A DNA stretch of 64,000 nucleotides from Candidatus Dormiibacterota bacterium (GCA_049279335.1 JBAPNX010000024.1:375211-439210), one strand, 5' to 3'; shown: positions 1-10,014, counted from the stretch's first letter. Notes: generated by a model not told the origin, from the letters alone. Numbers and translations are program-made.

Positions 1-459
1 GTACACAGTCCCGGCCATCTGGTAGGCGAGACCACGGCTGAGCAGGCGCTCGACCAGGGCGATCATCGCGGGGACGTGGTCCGTGGCCCGGGGGAAGAAG
101 TCGGCTGGTTCGATCCCCAGTAGCGCCTCTGCCCGGTGAAACTCGTCCTCGAATTCGGTGGCGATCTCCCGCGGCGTCCGCCCCGCTGCCAGCGCCGCCG
201 CGATCACCTTGTCGCCGCCCCGCTCCGCCAGTTCCTGGCGCATGTGACCCACATCGGTGATGTTCTTGACGTGGATCACGCGCCATCCCTGGCTCTTGGC
301 GATGCGCTTGATCCAGTCCGCCAGCAGATAGGTGCGGAGATTGCCGATGTGCACCGAGCGGTAGACCGTTGGTCCGCAGCTGTACATGGTGACCTGGGGC
401 GGTTCCCGCGGTTCCACCGGTCGGACCTGCCTGGTCAGGGTGTCGCGGAGTCGGAGCAC
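1..459 (-). CDS. Class I aminoacyl-tRNA synthetase of the CysRS/MshC family, N-terminal part (3' end lies beyond window start)
   Basis: Reverse-strand translation from GTG at 459 gives VLRLRDTLTRQVRPVEP...VTMYSCGPTVYRSVHIGNLRTYLLADWIKR...VKNITDVGH, i.e. the CGPTVY / HIGH-like (HIGN) / NITD signatures of CysRS or MshC. A stop codon lies immediately upstream of the GTG. The listed + ORF 136..537 is its antisense artefact. Confidence 0.6.
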   Translation of the reverse strand, partial: MLRLRDTLTRQVRPVEPREPPQVTMYSCGPTVYRSVHIGNLRTYLLADWIKRIAKSQGWRVIHVKNITDVGHMRQELAERGGDKVIAAALAAGRTPREIATEFEDEFHRAEALLGIEPADFFPRATDHVPAMIALVERLLSRGLAYQMAGTVY

Positions 460-560
460 GGTTCGATGCTAGCAGTGGCCCCAATGCGAGCCTCAGACCT
501 GCTCCAACCCGGGAAAATTGCGACCGACTCGACCTGATGTTTCCGTCTCGGAGTTGCTGA

Positions 561-1250
561 ATGGACCCTGCCGGCACCCTTCGGACCTTGCTCCTGCTCG
601 GAGGTGGTGAGTGGCACCGCGCCGCCGAAGAGCCGGACAGGTGGTGGCTGGCACGGGCCGCCCGTCCACGGGTCACGGTCGTGACCTCTGCAGCCCAGGA
701 CATCCCCGCGACCCAGGTGCGCTGGGCAGCTGCCCACTTCGGTGAGATGGGTGCAAGCGTCGACGGATGTCAAATCCAGACCCACCAGGATGCCCACGAT
801 CCCCGTCTGCTCGGTCAGCTGCGGAACGCGGCCTCGATCTACCTCTGCGGTGGTGACCCCGGAGCAGCCCGGGAGGTACTGGTCGATAGCCCCGCCGGCG
901 AGCTGCTGATAACTGCGTATCGGGCCGGGATCCCTGTGGCCGGCTCAAGCGCCGGCGCCATGGTGCTGGGAAGCGATTGCCTCGTGCCCGGCCAGGACTT
1001 CGCTCTGCGCCGCGGCCTGGGGCTGGTGCCAGCCTTGGTGGTGCCTCACTGGAGCGACGCCGGCCCCAGATGGCGTCAGGTGGTGGAGCGGCTCGCTCGC
1101 GAGCACCAGGTGCTCGCCCTAGATGAGTCGACCGGCCTATGCTGGGACGGACTGGCCTGGGCGACCAGAGGCCCGGGCCGAGCGGTTCTGGTTACCCCCT
1201 CGGGAGAGCAGGAGATGGGGGAGGGTCAACCGCTACCGCCATTAGAATGA
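561..1250 (+). CDS. Peptidase S51 family protein (cyanophycinase / dipeptidase E-like, class I glutamine amidotransferase fold)
   Basis: 229 aa with LLLGGGEW..., IYLCGGDP and GSSAGAMVLG motifs, typical of the S51 Ser-His-Glu peptidases. ATG start. Confidence 0.45.
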   Translation: MDPAGTLRTLLLLGGGEWHRAAEEPDRWWLARAARPRVTVVTSAAQDIPATQVRWAAAHFGEMGASVDGCQIQTHQDAHDPRLLGQLRNAASIYLCGGDPGAAREVLVDSPAGELLITAYRAGIPVAGSSAGAMVLGSDCLVPGQDFALRRGLGLVPALVVPHWSDAGPRWRQVVERLAREHQVLALDESTGLCWDGLAWATRGPGRAVLVTPSGEQEMGEGQPLPPLE

Positions 1251-1309
1251 CGCGCACTGCCTGAGCCCGGGTCCTTTGGCGCGTCCTGCCGGGACCGCTG
1301 GAGGTCGAT

Positions 1310-2632
1310 GTGAGCGAGCCCGCCGCCAATCTGCTCGAGACCCTGGTCTCGCTGTGCAAGCGGCGAGGCTTTGTCTTCCAGAGCAGCGAGATCTACGGTG
1401 GCATCAACGCCATCTACGACTTCGGCCCGCTGGGGGTTCGGCTGCGCCGCCGCATCCGCGATGCGTGGTGGCGGCAGATGGTCGACCTCCGCGACGATGT
1501 CGAGGGCGTGGAGGCGGCGATTCTGATGAACCCGACCGTCTGGGAGGCCTCGGGCCACCTCAGCAACTTCAGCGATCCCCTGGTCGACTGCCTTGGTGAG
1601 TGCCATCAACGCTGGCGCTGGGACCAGCTCAATGGAGCAACCACCTGTCCCGACTGTGGTGGCCCGCTGAGCCCCCCTCGCCAGTTCAACCTCATGTTCA
1701 AAACGTTCATTGGACCGGTCGAAGATGAGGGTGCGGTGGTGTACCTGCGACCCGAGACCGCGCAGGGTATGTTCGTCAACTTCAGGAACGTGGTCAACAG
1801 CTCGCGGCAGCGAATCCCCTTCGGAATCGCCCAGATCGGGCGCAGTTTCCGCAACGAGATCTCCACCGGAAACTTCATCTTTCGACTTCGCGAGTTGGAG
1901 ATGATGGAGATGGAGTGGTTCTGCCAACCCGGTCAGGACGCCCAGTGGTTCGAGTATTGGTGTGGGCAGCGCATGGCCTGGCACCAATCGCTGGGCCTGA
2001 GTCCGGGCCATCTGCGCTTACGACCCCACGGCGAGCATGAAAAGGCGCACTACGCGCTGGCGTCCAGCGACATCGAGTACAACTTTCCCTGGGGCTGGGG
2101 CGAGCTCGAGGGGATAGCTCGTCGCGGCGACTACGACCTCCGACGGCATCAGGAGGTGAGCGGGCACGACCTGCAGTACACCGATCCCAGCACCAATGAG
2201 CGCTATCTCCCCTACGTGGTTGAGCCCGCGGTGGGTGTGGACCGCGTCTTCCTGGCGCTGCTGCTCGACGCCTACGCTGAGGAAGAGGTGAGGGGGGAGA
2301 AGCGGGTGGTGCTGCGACTGCACCAGAAGGTGGCGCCGTATCAACTCTCGGTGCTACCGCTGCAGAGGAAACCGGAGCTGGTGGAACTGGCGCGACGAGT
2401 CGAGCACGACCTGCGCCAGCGGTTCTCCACCGACTACGACGACACCCAGTCGCTGGGGCGTCGCTATCGGCGCCAGGACGAGATCGGCACCCCGCTGGCG
2501 ATCACCATAGACTTTGACAGCCTGGAAGATCACGCGGCCACCATCCGCGACCGAGACAGCATGGAACAGGTCAGGGTGGCCTTGGACCAGCTGGCCACGG
2601 TCTGTGGCGAGCGTCTCGGCGTCGACCGCTAG
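1310..2632 (+). CDS. glyQS: Glycyl-tRNA synthetase (alpha2 dimeric type)
   Basis: N-terminus LETLVSLCKRRGFVFQSSEIYGGINAIYDFGPLG is diagnostic for GlyRS. Zn-ribbon-like CxxC insertion (CLGEC...CPDCG), class II motifs, and 440 aa. Confidence 0.9.
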   Translation: MSEPAANLLETLVSLCKRRGFVFQSSEIYGGINAIYDFGPLGVRLRRRIRDAWWRQMVDLRDDVEGVEAAILMNPTVWEASGHLSNFSDPLVDCLGECHQRWRWDQLNGATTCPDCGGPLSPPRQFNLMFKTFIGPVEDEGAVVYLRPETAQGMFVNFRNVVNSSRQRIPFGIAQIGRSFRNEISTGNFIFRLRELEMMEMEWFCQPGQDAQWFEYWCGQRMAWHQSLGLSPGHLRLRPHGEHEKAHYALASSDIEYNFPWGWGELEGIARRGDYDLRRHQEVSGHDLQYTDPSTNERYLPYVVEPAVGVDRVFLALLLDAYAEEEVRGEKRVVLRLHQKVAPYQLSVLPLQRKPELVELARRVEHDLRQRFSTDYDDTQSLGRRYRRQDEIGTPLAITIDFDSLEDHAATIRDRDSMEQVRVALDQLATVCGERLGVDR

Positions 2633-2995
2633 CTAAACCCCGCCCCGCCTGGCGCTGAGGAGGCAAAATTCGTTGCCCTCGGGGTCAGCCAGCACCACCC
2701 AGCTGACGTCGGGCCCCTGGCCCACGTCCACGGGGTGTGCACCCAGTTGCTTGAGACGCTCGACCGCGGCGTCTCGGTCCTCCGGAGCCAGGTCGATGTG
2801 GAGTCGGTTTTTGACGGTCTTGGGCTCCGGGACCGGAACGAATACCAGCGCTGGATAGGTGTCCTCGTCCCGTGCAACCACCACCTCGTCCGGCTCCTCA
2901 AAGACGATCGGGTAGTCGAGGACTGCGGCCCAGAAGCGGGCCAGCGCCGAGGGATTCTGGGAGTCGATTACGATCCCGTAGAGCCGGGTGCTCAT
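2633..2995 (-). CDS. VOC / glyoxalase-bleomycin resistance family protein
   Basis: 120 aa: MSTRLYGIVIDSQNPSALARFWAAVLDY...RLHIDL...DPEGNEFCL, the typical glyoxalase-I fold pattern. Convergent with glyQS. Confidence 0.7.
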   Translation of the reverse strand: MSTRLYGIVIDSQNPSALARFWAAVLDYPIVFEEPDEVVVARDEDTYPALVFVPVPEPKTVKNRLHIDLAPEDRDAAVERLKQLGAHPVDVGQGPDVSWVVLADPEGNEFCLLSARRGGV

Positions 2996-3090
2996 GCCCC
3001 GAAATCGTACTCGCGACCACGGGGACGGGAGGGGGCGCCGATCGGTGTGGCAGGCGGCTGATCGAGGTGTGGACGGCGTAGGCTGGGGGC

Positions 3091-3576
3091 TTGGAAGCCA
3101 GCGGCGCCCAGGGCGGTGCGGAGCTCGTCGACGCTCGGACCAGAACCAGAATGCGCCTCTTGGCCGCCTCTGCGGTCGCCTGGGCGGTGGCGGACCTCCT
3201 GCTCCTCTTGACCCAGGGGTTCCCCTCCGGGTGGCAGCTGCAGGTCACGTTCCTGTGCATGGCTCTGGTCCCCGCCGCGGCATTGATTCTGGCGCTCAGG
3301 GGGCGGTCGCCGGAGACGTTGGTGGTGGCGCTCACAGCCCTGGGATCTTGGACTTCCATCTTGGGGGTGCTGGGGCTGGTCACCATCGTGGGCCTTCCCC
3401 TGATCCTGGTCGCTGCCTTCGCCTACCTGCTCACCTACAACTACGCGGACGGCATGCAGGGGCGCCCCGATGGCGGCTGGGCCGTGCGCGCCGGCCTGAT
3501 CACTGGAGGCATAGGCCTTGCGGTGGGGCTGATCGGGCTGGTGATCACCATCCTCAGTGCCGTGGGCGCGGGCTGA
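3091..3576 (+). CDS. Hypothetical integral membrane protein (4 predicted TM helices)
   Basis: Long hydrophobic segments (LLAASAVAWAVADLLLLL..., LVTIVGLPLILVAAFAYLL..., GLIGLVITILSAVGAG). No recognisable domain. The start could be internal (MRLL...). Confidence 0.35.
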   Translation: MEASGAQGGAELVDARTRTRMRLLAASAVAWAVADLLLLLTQGFPSGWQLQVTFLCMALVPAAALILALRGRSPETLVVALTALGSWTSILGVLGLVTIVGLPLILVAAFAYLLTYNYADGMQGRPDGGWAVRAGLITGGIGLAVGLIGLVITILSAVGAG

Positions 3577-3601
3577 GTCGGGCCGCGTGGCGAAGGTCGG
3601 G

Positions 3602-5446
3602 CTAGCCGGCCTCCTCCAGGGGCTGGCTGGCGAACTGCTGCAGGTAGAGGCGGGAGTAGGCGCCTCCTTGGGCCAGCAGCTGGGTGTGGGACCCGCGCTC
3701 GACGATCCGGCCGTGCTCCAGCATGAGGATCTGATCGGCAGCCAGGATGGTCGAGAGGCGGTGGGCGATGGCGATGGTGGTCCGGCCTTCCATCAGTCCC
3801 GAGACCGCGTCCTGGATCGCGCGCTCACTGTGGCTGTCGAGAGCGCTGGTGGCCTCGTCGAGAATCAGCACCCTGGGGTTCTTCAGGATCGCCCGGGCCA
3901 GGGCAACCCGCTGCTTCTCACCGCCGCTGAGCCGGTAGCCTCGCTCGCCGCCCACCGTGTCGTAGCCGTCGGGCAGCTCCATGATCCGGTCGTGAATCGC
4001 CGCCGCCCGGCCGGCCGCGATCAGCTCGGCCTCAGTAGCGTCGGGCTTGCCCACCAGGATGTTTTCCCGGATGGTGCTGTGGAAGATAAAGGTCTCCTGG
4101 GTCACCACCGCGATCGCCGAGCGCAGGGTGGCGCTGGTGAGATCCCGGAGGTCATGGCCGTCTAGGGTGATCCTGCCCTCATCCACGTCATAGAGCCGGG
4201 CCATCAGGTAGGTGAGGGTGCTCTTGCCGGCGCCGCTGGGGCCGACCAGCGCCACCAGTTGGCCGGGGTCGGCCTCGAAGGAAATCCCATCTACCGCCGG
4301 GGCGACGCCCTCCTGGTAGCTGAAGGTGACGTTCTCGAAGGCGATCCTGCCCTTGATCTGGCTGCTGGGGATGCTGATGGCTCCCTCGCGATCAGCGATC
4401 TCCACAGGAATGTCCAGGTACTGGAATATCCGGTCGAAAAGCGCCAACGCCCCCTGGAGCTCCACCTGGACGTTGAGCAGCTGGCCGATGGGGAAGAAGA
4501 GCCCGGCCTGGAAGGTCGTGAAGGCGACCAGGGTTCCCACCGACACCCCGCCCTTGAGCCCGGCGTGGAGGAACAGCCCCGCCACTAGGTAGACGCCGGC
4601 GGGCAGGATCGAGAAGAAGGTGGAGATGAATCCAAAGAACCAGCGCCCCACCATCTGCTGGCGGATCATCAAGGCGGTGAGGCGCGAGGTCTCATTGGAG
4701 TAGCGGTCCCGGGCCACCTGCTCTCGGCCGTAGACCTTGGTGAGGAGGATCCCGCTCACCGAGAGCGTTTCCTCGGCCAGTGCCGAGAGGTCGGCCAGGG
4801 TCACCTGAGTGGCGGCGCTCACCCGCCGGCGCACCTCTCCAACCCTGACCGTCACCAGAACGAAGAGCGGCAGCACCGCAACCGAGAGCAGGGTGAGCTG
4901 CCAGCTGAGGAAGGCCATGCCCGCCAGCGTCGCCGCGACCCTAGTCAGGTTGGAGACGGTGCTGGTGGCGGTGTTGGTTATCACCGAGTCCACCCCGCCC
5001 ACGTCGTTGGCCAGCCGGGACTGGATCTCGCCGGTACGGGTCGCGGTGAAGAAGCTGAGGGGGAGGTTCTGCAGGTGGGAGTAGAGCGCCAGGCGCAGGT
5101 CCTGCATCATCCGCTGGCCGACGACGGCGTTGAGGTACGTCTGCCAGACGCCCAGCCCGGTGCTGACCACCGGGGTTATCACCATGATCCCGAAGAAGAT
5201 CAGCAGAAGCCTGGGATTGTGCTTCAGGATGGCGTCGTCGATGATCAGCTTGAGCATGTAGGGGTTGACGATCCCCAGCACCGCCACCACCATCAGGATC
5301 AGCAGCACCCCGGCCACCTGCAGCTTGTAGGGCCGGAAGAGCTTGACCACGCGCCGGACCGTGCCGCGGGTGGGCGGGGTCAGCGAGGAGGGATCGAGGG
5401 GTCGGGAGCGGTGCGCCATCCCGCTGCCCCCGTAGTGCATGCCCAT
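3602..5446 (-). CDS. ABC transporter, fused permease/ATP-binding protein (MsbA/exporter type)
   Basis: 614 aa. N-terminal 6-TM exporter domain. C-terminal NBD with Walker A GPSGAGKST, ABC signature LSGGEKQRVALARA, and Walker B VLILDEATSALD. Confidence 0.9.
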   Translation of the reverse strand: MGMHYGGSGMAHRSRPLDPSSLTPPTRGTVRRVVKLFRPYKLQVAGVLLILMVVAVLGIVNPYMLKLIIDDAILKHNPRLLLIFFGIMVITPVVSTGLGVWQTYLNAVVGQRMMQDLRLALYSHLQNLPLSFFTATRTGEIQSRLANDVGGVDSVITNTATSTVSNLTRVAATLAGMAFLSWQLTLLSVAVLPLFVLVTVRVGEVRRRVSAATQVTLADLSALAEETLSVSGILLTKVYGREQVARDRYSNETSRLTALMIRQQMVGRWFFGFISTFFSILPAGVYLVAGLFLHAGLKGGVSVGTLVAFTTFQAGLFFPIGQLLNVQVELQGALALFDRIFQYLDIPVEIADREGAISIPSSQIKGRIAFENVTFSYQEGVAPAVDGISFEADPGQLVALVGPSGAGKSTLTYLMARLYDVDEGRITLDGHDLRDLTSATLRSAIAVVTQETFIFHSTIRENILVGKPDATEAELIAAGRAAAIHDRIMELPDGYDTVGGERGYRLSGGEKQRVALARAILKNPRVLILDEATSALDSHSERAIQDAVSGLMEGRTTIAIAHRLSTILAADQILMLEHGRIVERGSHTQLLAQGGAYSRLYLQQFASQPLEEAG

Positions 5447-5627
5447 CTAGTTCGGTAGGTCCTCTGGATTCACCACGGGGCCCGGATGATCCCCGAATCG
5501 CGGGAGCCGGCGATCGTGGGAACCGCCTCCGTGTCGTCCGATCGATCCTAGCACCAGTCTCGTCCTCGATCGAAGCCCGGCCCAGCTAAACTCGAACGGC
5601 AAGCGGGGACCCAGGGAGGCTTTGTCT

Positions 5628-8393
5628 ATGGCAGCGACCGCGGCGCGGACGAAGCCAGCGGCGGCGTGCAGGGTCGGGCCGAAGTACGTGTACGACTTCG
5701 AAGAGGGCAACGCCGGCATGCGGGCCCTGCTCGGGGGCAAGGGTGCCGGAGTTGCCGAGATGACCAACGCCGGGCTGCCGGTGCCGCCCGGATTCACCAT
5801 CACGACTGAGGCCTGCAATGCCTACATGCAGGCCGCCAACAAGTTCCCCGCCGGGCTGATGGACGAGGTGAAACAGCACCTCAGCAAGTTGGAGCAGAGA
5901 ACCGGCAAGCGCCTGGGTGACCCCGATGAGCCGCTGTTGGTCTCGGTCCGCTCTGGGGCCGCCCAATCGATGCCGGGAATGATGGACACGGTGCTCAACC
6001 TGGGGCTCAACCAGCGCAGCCTGGAGGGCTTGGCCAAGAAGACCGGTGATCGCCGCTTCGCCCTCGACGCCTATCGCCGTTTCATCCAGCTCTTCGGCCG
6101 CATTGTCAAGGGGGTTGAAGGCGAGCTCTTCGAGCATGAGCTCGAGGCGGCCAAGGCGGCCGCCAAGGTGAGCTCAGACGCCGAGCTGTCGGCCGCAGCC
6201 CTGACCAACCTGGCTGAGAAATTCCGCGAGATCTATCGTAGCCAGACCAAAGAGCCATTTCCCGAGGACCCCTGGGAGCAGCTGACCATGGCCATCGCGG
6301 CCGTCTTCTCCTCCTGGAATGGGCGCCGCGCCGTCGCCTACCGCGAGTACAACCACATCCCCCACAACCTCGGGACCGCAGTGAATGTTCAGGCCATGGT
6401 GTTCGGCAACATGGGCAACGACTCCGGCACCGGAGTCGCCTTCACCCGTGATCCCGCCACCGGCGCGCGTCGCCTCTTCGGCGAGTACCTGCTCAACGCC
6501 CAGGGCGAGGACGTGGTGGCCGGGATCCGGACTCCCCAGCCGATCGAGACACTACGCAAGTCCCTGCCCAAGGTCTATCGGAGTTTCGCGGACATCGCCT
6601 CCAAGCTGGAGGCTCACTACCGCGACGTCCAGGACATGGAGTTCACCATCGAGCAGGGCAAGCTCTACATGCTCCAGACCCGGGGCGCCAAGCGCACCGC
6701 TGCGGCCGCGGTCAAGATCGCCATCGACATGCTCAGCGAGGGGATCATCACCAAGGAGGAGGCCCTGACCCGGGTCGAACCGGAGCAGGTCGATCACCTG
6801 CTCCACCGAGCCATCGACCCCCACGCCAAGGTCAAGGTCCTGGCCACCGGTCTGGCGGCCTCTCCGGGAGCCGCGACCGGTGCCGCCGTCTTTGATGCCG
6901 ATCGCGCCGAGGCCGCCGCCAAGCGGGGTGAGAAGGTGATCCTGGTGCGGATCGAGACCAACCCCGACGACGTCCACGGCATGATCGCCGCCGAGGGCGT
7001 CCTCACCTCTCGGGGTGGCCGGACCTCCCACGCTGCCGTGGTCGCTCGGGGCATGGGCAAGCCCTGCGTCGCTGGCGCCGAGGACGTCAAGGTGGATCTC
7101 GCCCGCCAGGAGTTCGTCGCGGGCGGGGTCACGGTCAAAGAGGGCGACGTCTTCACCCTCGACGGCTCCGACGGGCGGGTCATCGAGGGCGTGGTGGCGA
7201 CCGTCGAGCCGGTGGTCTCCGGGGACCTGGAGCAGCTGCTGTCGCTGGCCGACTCGGTGCGCCGGCTGCGGGTCTTCGCCAATGCCGACAACCCCCCCGA
7301 CGCAGAACGAGCCCGCGGTTTTGGGGCTGAGGGAATCGGCCTCTGCCGGACCGAGCACATGTTCATGGAGCAGGAGCGCCTCCCTCACGTTCAGGAGATG
7401 ATCCTGGCGGCTGATGCCGAGGCCCGGCGTCAGGCGCTGGCCAAGCTGCTGCCCTTCCAGCGCGAGGATTTCATCGGAATCCTGGCGGCGATGCGGGGGC
7501 TGCCGGTGATCATCCGGCTGATCGACCCCCCACTCCACGAGTTCTTGCCCAACCACGACGACCTTCTGGTGCAGGTGACGCGTCTGCGGGCGCTCAAGAA
7601 ATCGCCCAAGAAACTGGCCCGGGCCGAGCGCATGCTGGCTGCGGTCGAGGAGCTTCGGGAGCAGAACCCAATGCTGGGCCTGAGGGGCTGTCGACTGGGC
7701 CTGCTGTTCCCCGAGATCATCGAGATGCAGGTCAGGGCAATCGCCGAAGCCGCCTCTGAGCTGCGCCGCCGCCGGATCAAGGCGACGCCCGAGATCATGG
7801 TGCCCCTGGTGGGCCATGTCGAGGAACTCCGGCGCTCGCGCGCGATCATCGAGTCCACCTTGAAGGAGGTGGCCAAGGAACAGGGGGTCCGGCTGGACAT
7901 CAAGATCGGGACCATGATCGAGGTGCCCCGGGCAGCCCTCACCGCGCGCCAGGTGGCGGAGGCCGCCGAGTTCTTCTCCTTCGGCACCAACGACCTGACC
8001 CAGATGACCTACGGGGTCTCGCGCGATGACGCCGAGGGCAAGTTCCTCAACCGCTACGTCAGCGAGGGGATCCTGCCGGCCAACCCCTTCGAGCACCTGG
8101 ACCCTGACGGGGTGGGCAGGCTGATGGAGCTGGCCACCACCGAGGGCCGGGCCACCAAGCCGTCGCTGGAAGTCGGCATCTGCGGTGAGCACGGTGGCGA
8201 TGCCCAGTCGATCGCCATCTGTGAACGCCTCGGTCTCGACTACGTTTCCTGCTCCCCGTTCCGGGTTCCGGCGGCGCGGCTGGCCGCGGCTCAGGCTCGG
8301 CTGCAGTCGCGGATCGAGAGCGGCAAGGGGGTGGCGCGCCGATCGGGCCTAGGTCCCTCCCGCCGAGCACGGGGAGCCCGTGCCGCCGGCTAG
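5628..8393 (+). CDS. ppdK: Pyruvate, phosphate dikinase
   Basis: N-terminus VYDFEEGNAGMRALLGGKGAGVAEMTNAGLPVPPGFTITTEAC is the PPDK signature. Central phospho-His domain (GGRTSHAAVVARGMGKPCV) and C-terminal PEP-utilising TIM barrel. RBS GGGAGG about 10 nt upstream of ATG 5628. Short basic C-terminal extension relative to typical PPDKs. Confidence 0.9.
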   Translation: MAATAARTKPAAACRVGPKYVYDFEEGNAGMRALLGGKGAGVAEMTNAGLPVPPGFTITTEACNAYMQAANKFPAGLMDEVKQHLSKLEQRTGKRLGDPDEPLLVSVRSGAAQSMPGMMDTVLNLGLNQRSLEGLAKKTGDRRFALDAYRRFIQLFGRIVKGVEGELFEHELEAAKAAAKVSSDAELSAAALTNLAEKFREIYRSQTKEPFPEDPWEQLTMAIAAVFSSWNGRRAVAYREYNHIPHNLGTAVNVQAMVFGNMGNDSGTGVAFTRDPATGARRLFGEYLLNAQGEDVVAGIRTPQPIETLRKSLPKVYRSFADIASKLEAHYRDVQDMEFTIEQGKLYMLQTRGAKRTAAAAVKIAIDMLSEGIITKEEALTRVEPEQVDHLLHRAIDPHAKVKVLATGLAASPGAATGAAVFDADRAEAAAKRGEKVILVRIETNPDDVHGMIAAEGVLTSRGGRTSHAAVVARGMGKPCVAGAEDVKVDLARQEFVAGGVTVKEGDVFTLDGSDGRVIEGVVATVEPVVSGDLEQLLSLADSVRRLRVFANADNPPDAERARGFGAEGIGLCRTEHMFMEQERLPHVQEMILAADAEARRQALAKLLPFQREDFIGILAAMRGLPVIIRLIDPPLHEFLPNHDDLLVQVTRLRALKKSPKKLARAERMLAAVEELREQNPMLGLRGCRLGLLFPEIIEMQVRAIAEAASELRRRRIKATPEIMVPLVGHVEELRRSRAIIESTLKEVAKEQGVRLDIKIGTMIEVPRAALTARQVAEAAEFFSFGTNDLTQMTYGVSRDDAEGKFLNRYVSEGILPANPFEHLDPDGVGRLMELATTEGRATKPSLEVGICGEHGGDAQSIAICERLGLDYVSCSPFRVPAARLAAAQARLQSRIESGKGVARRSGLGPSRRARGARAAG

Positions 8394-8433
8394 CCACGCG
8401 CTCGCCTACGCCAGGGGACTTTAGCTCAGCTGC

Positions 8434-9888
8434 TCAGAGCTGGATCGACTTGGGGACCAGGAATTCTTCCAGGCCGTACTTGCCGAACTCTCTACCGTGC
8501 CCGGACTGCTTGACCCCACCGAAGGGCGCCACCAGATTGAAGGCACCGCCATTGACCTCGACGGTCCCGGCCTCCAGACGGCGGGCGAAGTCGATCGCGT
8601 GGTCCTGGTCCCGCGACCAGACTGCACCCGCCAGGCCGTAGCGGGTGCCGTTGGCGATCGCGAGCGCATCTGCTTCGTCTCCGTAAGGGATGAGGGAGAG
8701 CACGGGGCCGAAGATCTCCTCCTGCGCGATGGTCATCTCGGGATGGACGTCGGCGAAGACGGTGGCTTGGACGAAGTACCCCTGCTCCAGTCCGGGCGGG
8801 GCGTCGGCCCCGCCGATCACCAGCCGGGCACCCTCAGCGATTCCCTGGCGGATGTAGCCGCGGACCCGCTCCAGCTGAGCCGCCGAGGCTAGGGGACCGA
8901 GTCGGGTGGACTCCTCGAGGGGATCGCCAAGGGTGAGCTTCTGGGCAGTCTCGACCGCGACGGCCAGCGCCCGCTCCTGCTCTGGAGCGGGCACCAGCAG
9001 GCGAGTCAGGGCGGTGCAAGTCTGGCCTGCGTTCGAGAAGGCGTTGTAGACCGCGAACTTGGCCGCCTTCTCGATATCGGCGTCGGGCAGCAGTACGCTG
9101 GCCGACTTTCCGCCCAGCTCCAGGGTCACCGGGGTCACCGATTCCGCCGCCATCTGGGAGACACGCCGGCCAGCCCGGGTCGACCCAGTGAAGGAGATCT
9201 GGTCGACCAGCGGGTGCAGCACCAGCCCCTCGCCTGCGGTTGCTCCCGTACCGGTGATGACGTTGAGCACTCCCGCCGGCAGGCCGGCGTCGGCGGCGAT
9301 CTCGGCCAGCATGAAGGCGGTGAGCGGCGCGATCTCGCTGGCCTTCAGCACGACCGTGCATCCCGCAGCCACCGCCGGCGCCACCTTGGCCACCACCTGC
9401 TGCAGCGGGTAATTCCAAGGGGTGATGGCGGCCACGACTCCCGCCGCCTGGTGGATCACCAGGTCATTGCCGATGTTCTCCTGGAACTGAAAATCGCGCA
9501 CCGCGGCGTTGGTGCCGGCGATGATGGCAATCGGATTCCCGACCTGGACGGCCCTGGCCATTCGGATGGGGCAGCCCACCTCCCTGGCTATAGTCCGAGC
9601 CAGCTCCTCGGTCCGCTCGGAGATTCCAGTGGAGATGGCCTCCAGGTAGCTAACCCGCTCGTCGACAGCGGTGGCGGACCAACTGGGCAAAGCCTCGGCG
9701 GCGGCTTGGACGGCGTTGTCGATGTCCTGCTCCGAGGCCTCCGCGACCTCGGCGAAGACCTCGCCAGTCGCGGCCTCGTGAACGTTGATCCGGGTACCGG
9801 AGGTAGCTAGCGCCCAGGCGCCGCCGATGTAAAAACGGTCTTTGATCTGACGGTCGTCAGATCTTTCCTGATCGGTGGGGTTGCTCAC
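8434..9888 (-). CDS. NAD(P)-dependent aldehyde dehydrogenase
   Basis: ALDH superfamily hallmarks: FYIGGAW near the N-terminus, ITPWNYPL, LELGGKSA, and catalytic-Cys region SNAGQTCTA. Proposed GTG start at 9888 preceded by GGGAG. The longer ORF to 9978 would add an atypical 30-aa leader. Confidence 0.85.
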   Translation of the reverse strand: MSNPTDQERSDDRQIKDRFYIGGAWALATSGTRINVHEAATGEVFAEVAEASEQDIDNAVQAAAEALPSWSATAVDERVSYLEAISTGISERTEELARTIAREVGCPIRMARAVQVGNPIAIIAGTNAAVRDFQFQENIGNDLVIHQAAGVVAAITPWNYPLQQVVAKVAPAVAAGCTVVLKASEIAPLTAFMLAEIAADAGLPAGVLNVITGTGATAGEGLVLHPLVDQISFTGSTRAGRRVSQMAAESVTPVTLELGGKSASVLLPDADIEKAAKFAVYNAFSNAGQTCTALTRLLVPAPEQERALAVAVETAQKLTLGDPLEESTRLGPLASAAQLERVRGYIRQGIAEGARLVIGGADAPPGLEQGYFVQATVFADVHPEMTIAQEEIFGPVLSLIPYGDEADALAIANGTRYGLAGAVWSRDQDHAIDFARRLEAGTVEVNGGAFNLVAPFGGVKQSGHGREFGKYGLEEFLVPKSIQL

Positions 9889-10014
9889 CGGCTCGCTCCC
9901 GGAGACAACCCGACCTTCACTACAGTCCGTCGGCTGGTCTCCGTTGCCAACTGGTTCACGCTGGCTCGATCCTAGCAATTGGTGTCCTGCTCGACCGGGT
10001 GAGGCCGGGATAAT

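Noticed and set aside
136-537. Listed + strand ORF of 133 aa
   Set aside because: It is antisense to the CysRS-family gene, whose translation shows clear synthetase motifs. The + frame product is Arg/Pro-rich.
6552-8192. 546-aa ORF on the minus strand inside ppdK. Similar long antisense ORFs occur at 12076..13728 in adnA, 44020..45369 in dnaK, 46829..48064 in clpB, 22028..23206 in ftsH, and 41480-42775 in GH5.
   Set aside because: These are out-of-frame or antisense to strongly supported genes and Arg/Gly/Pro-rich, as expected in 70% GC DNA where stop codons are rare. They are not coding.
8290-8393. About 35-aa basic C-terminal extension of PPDK (…GKGVARRSGLGPSRRARGARAAG)
   Set aside because: It is probably just read-through to the next stop in GC-rich DNA or a lineage-specific tail. 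It gives no evidence of a separate function.
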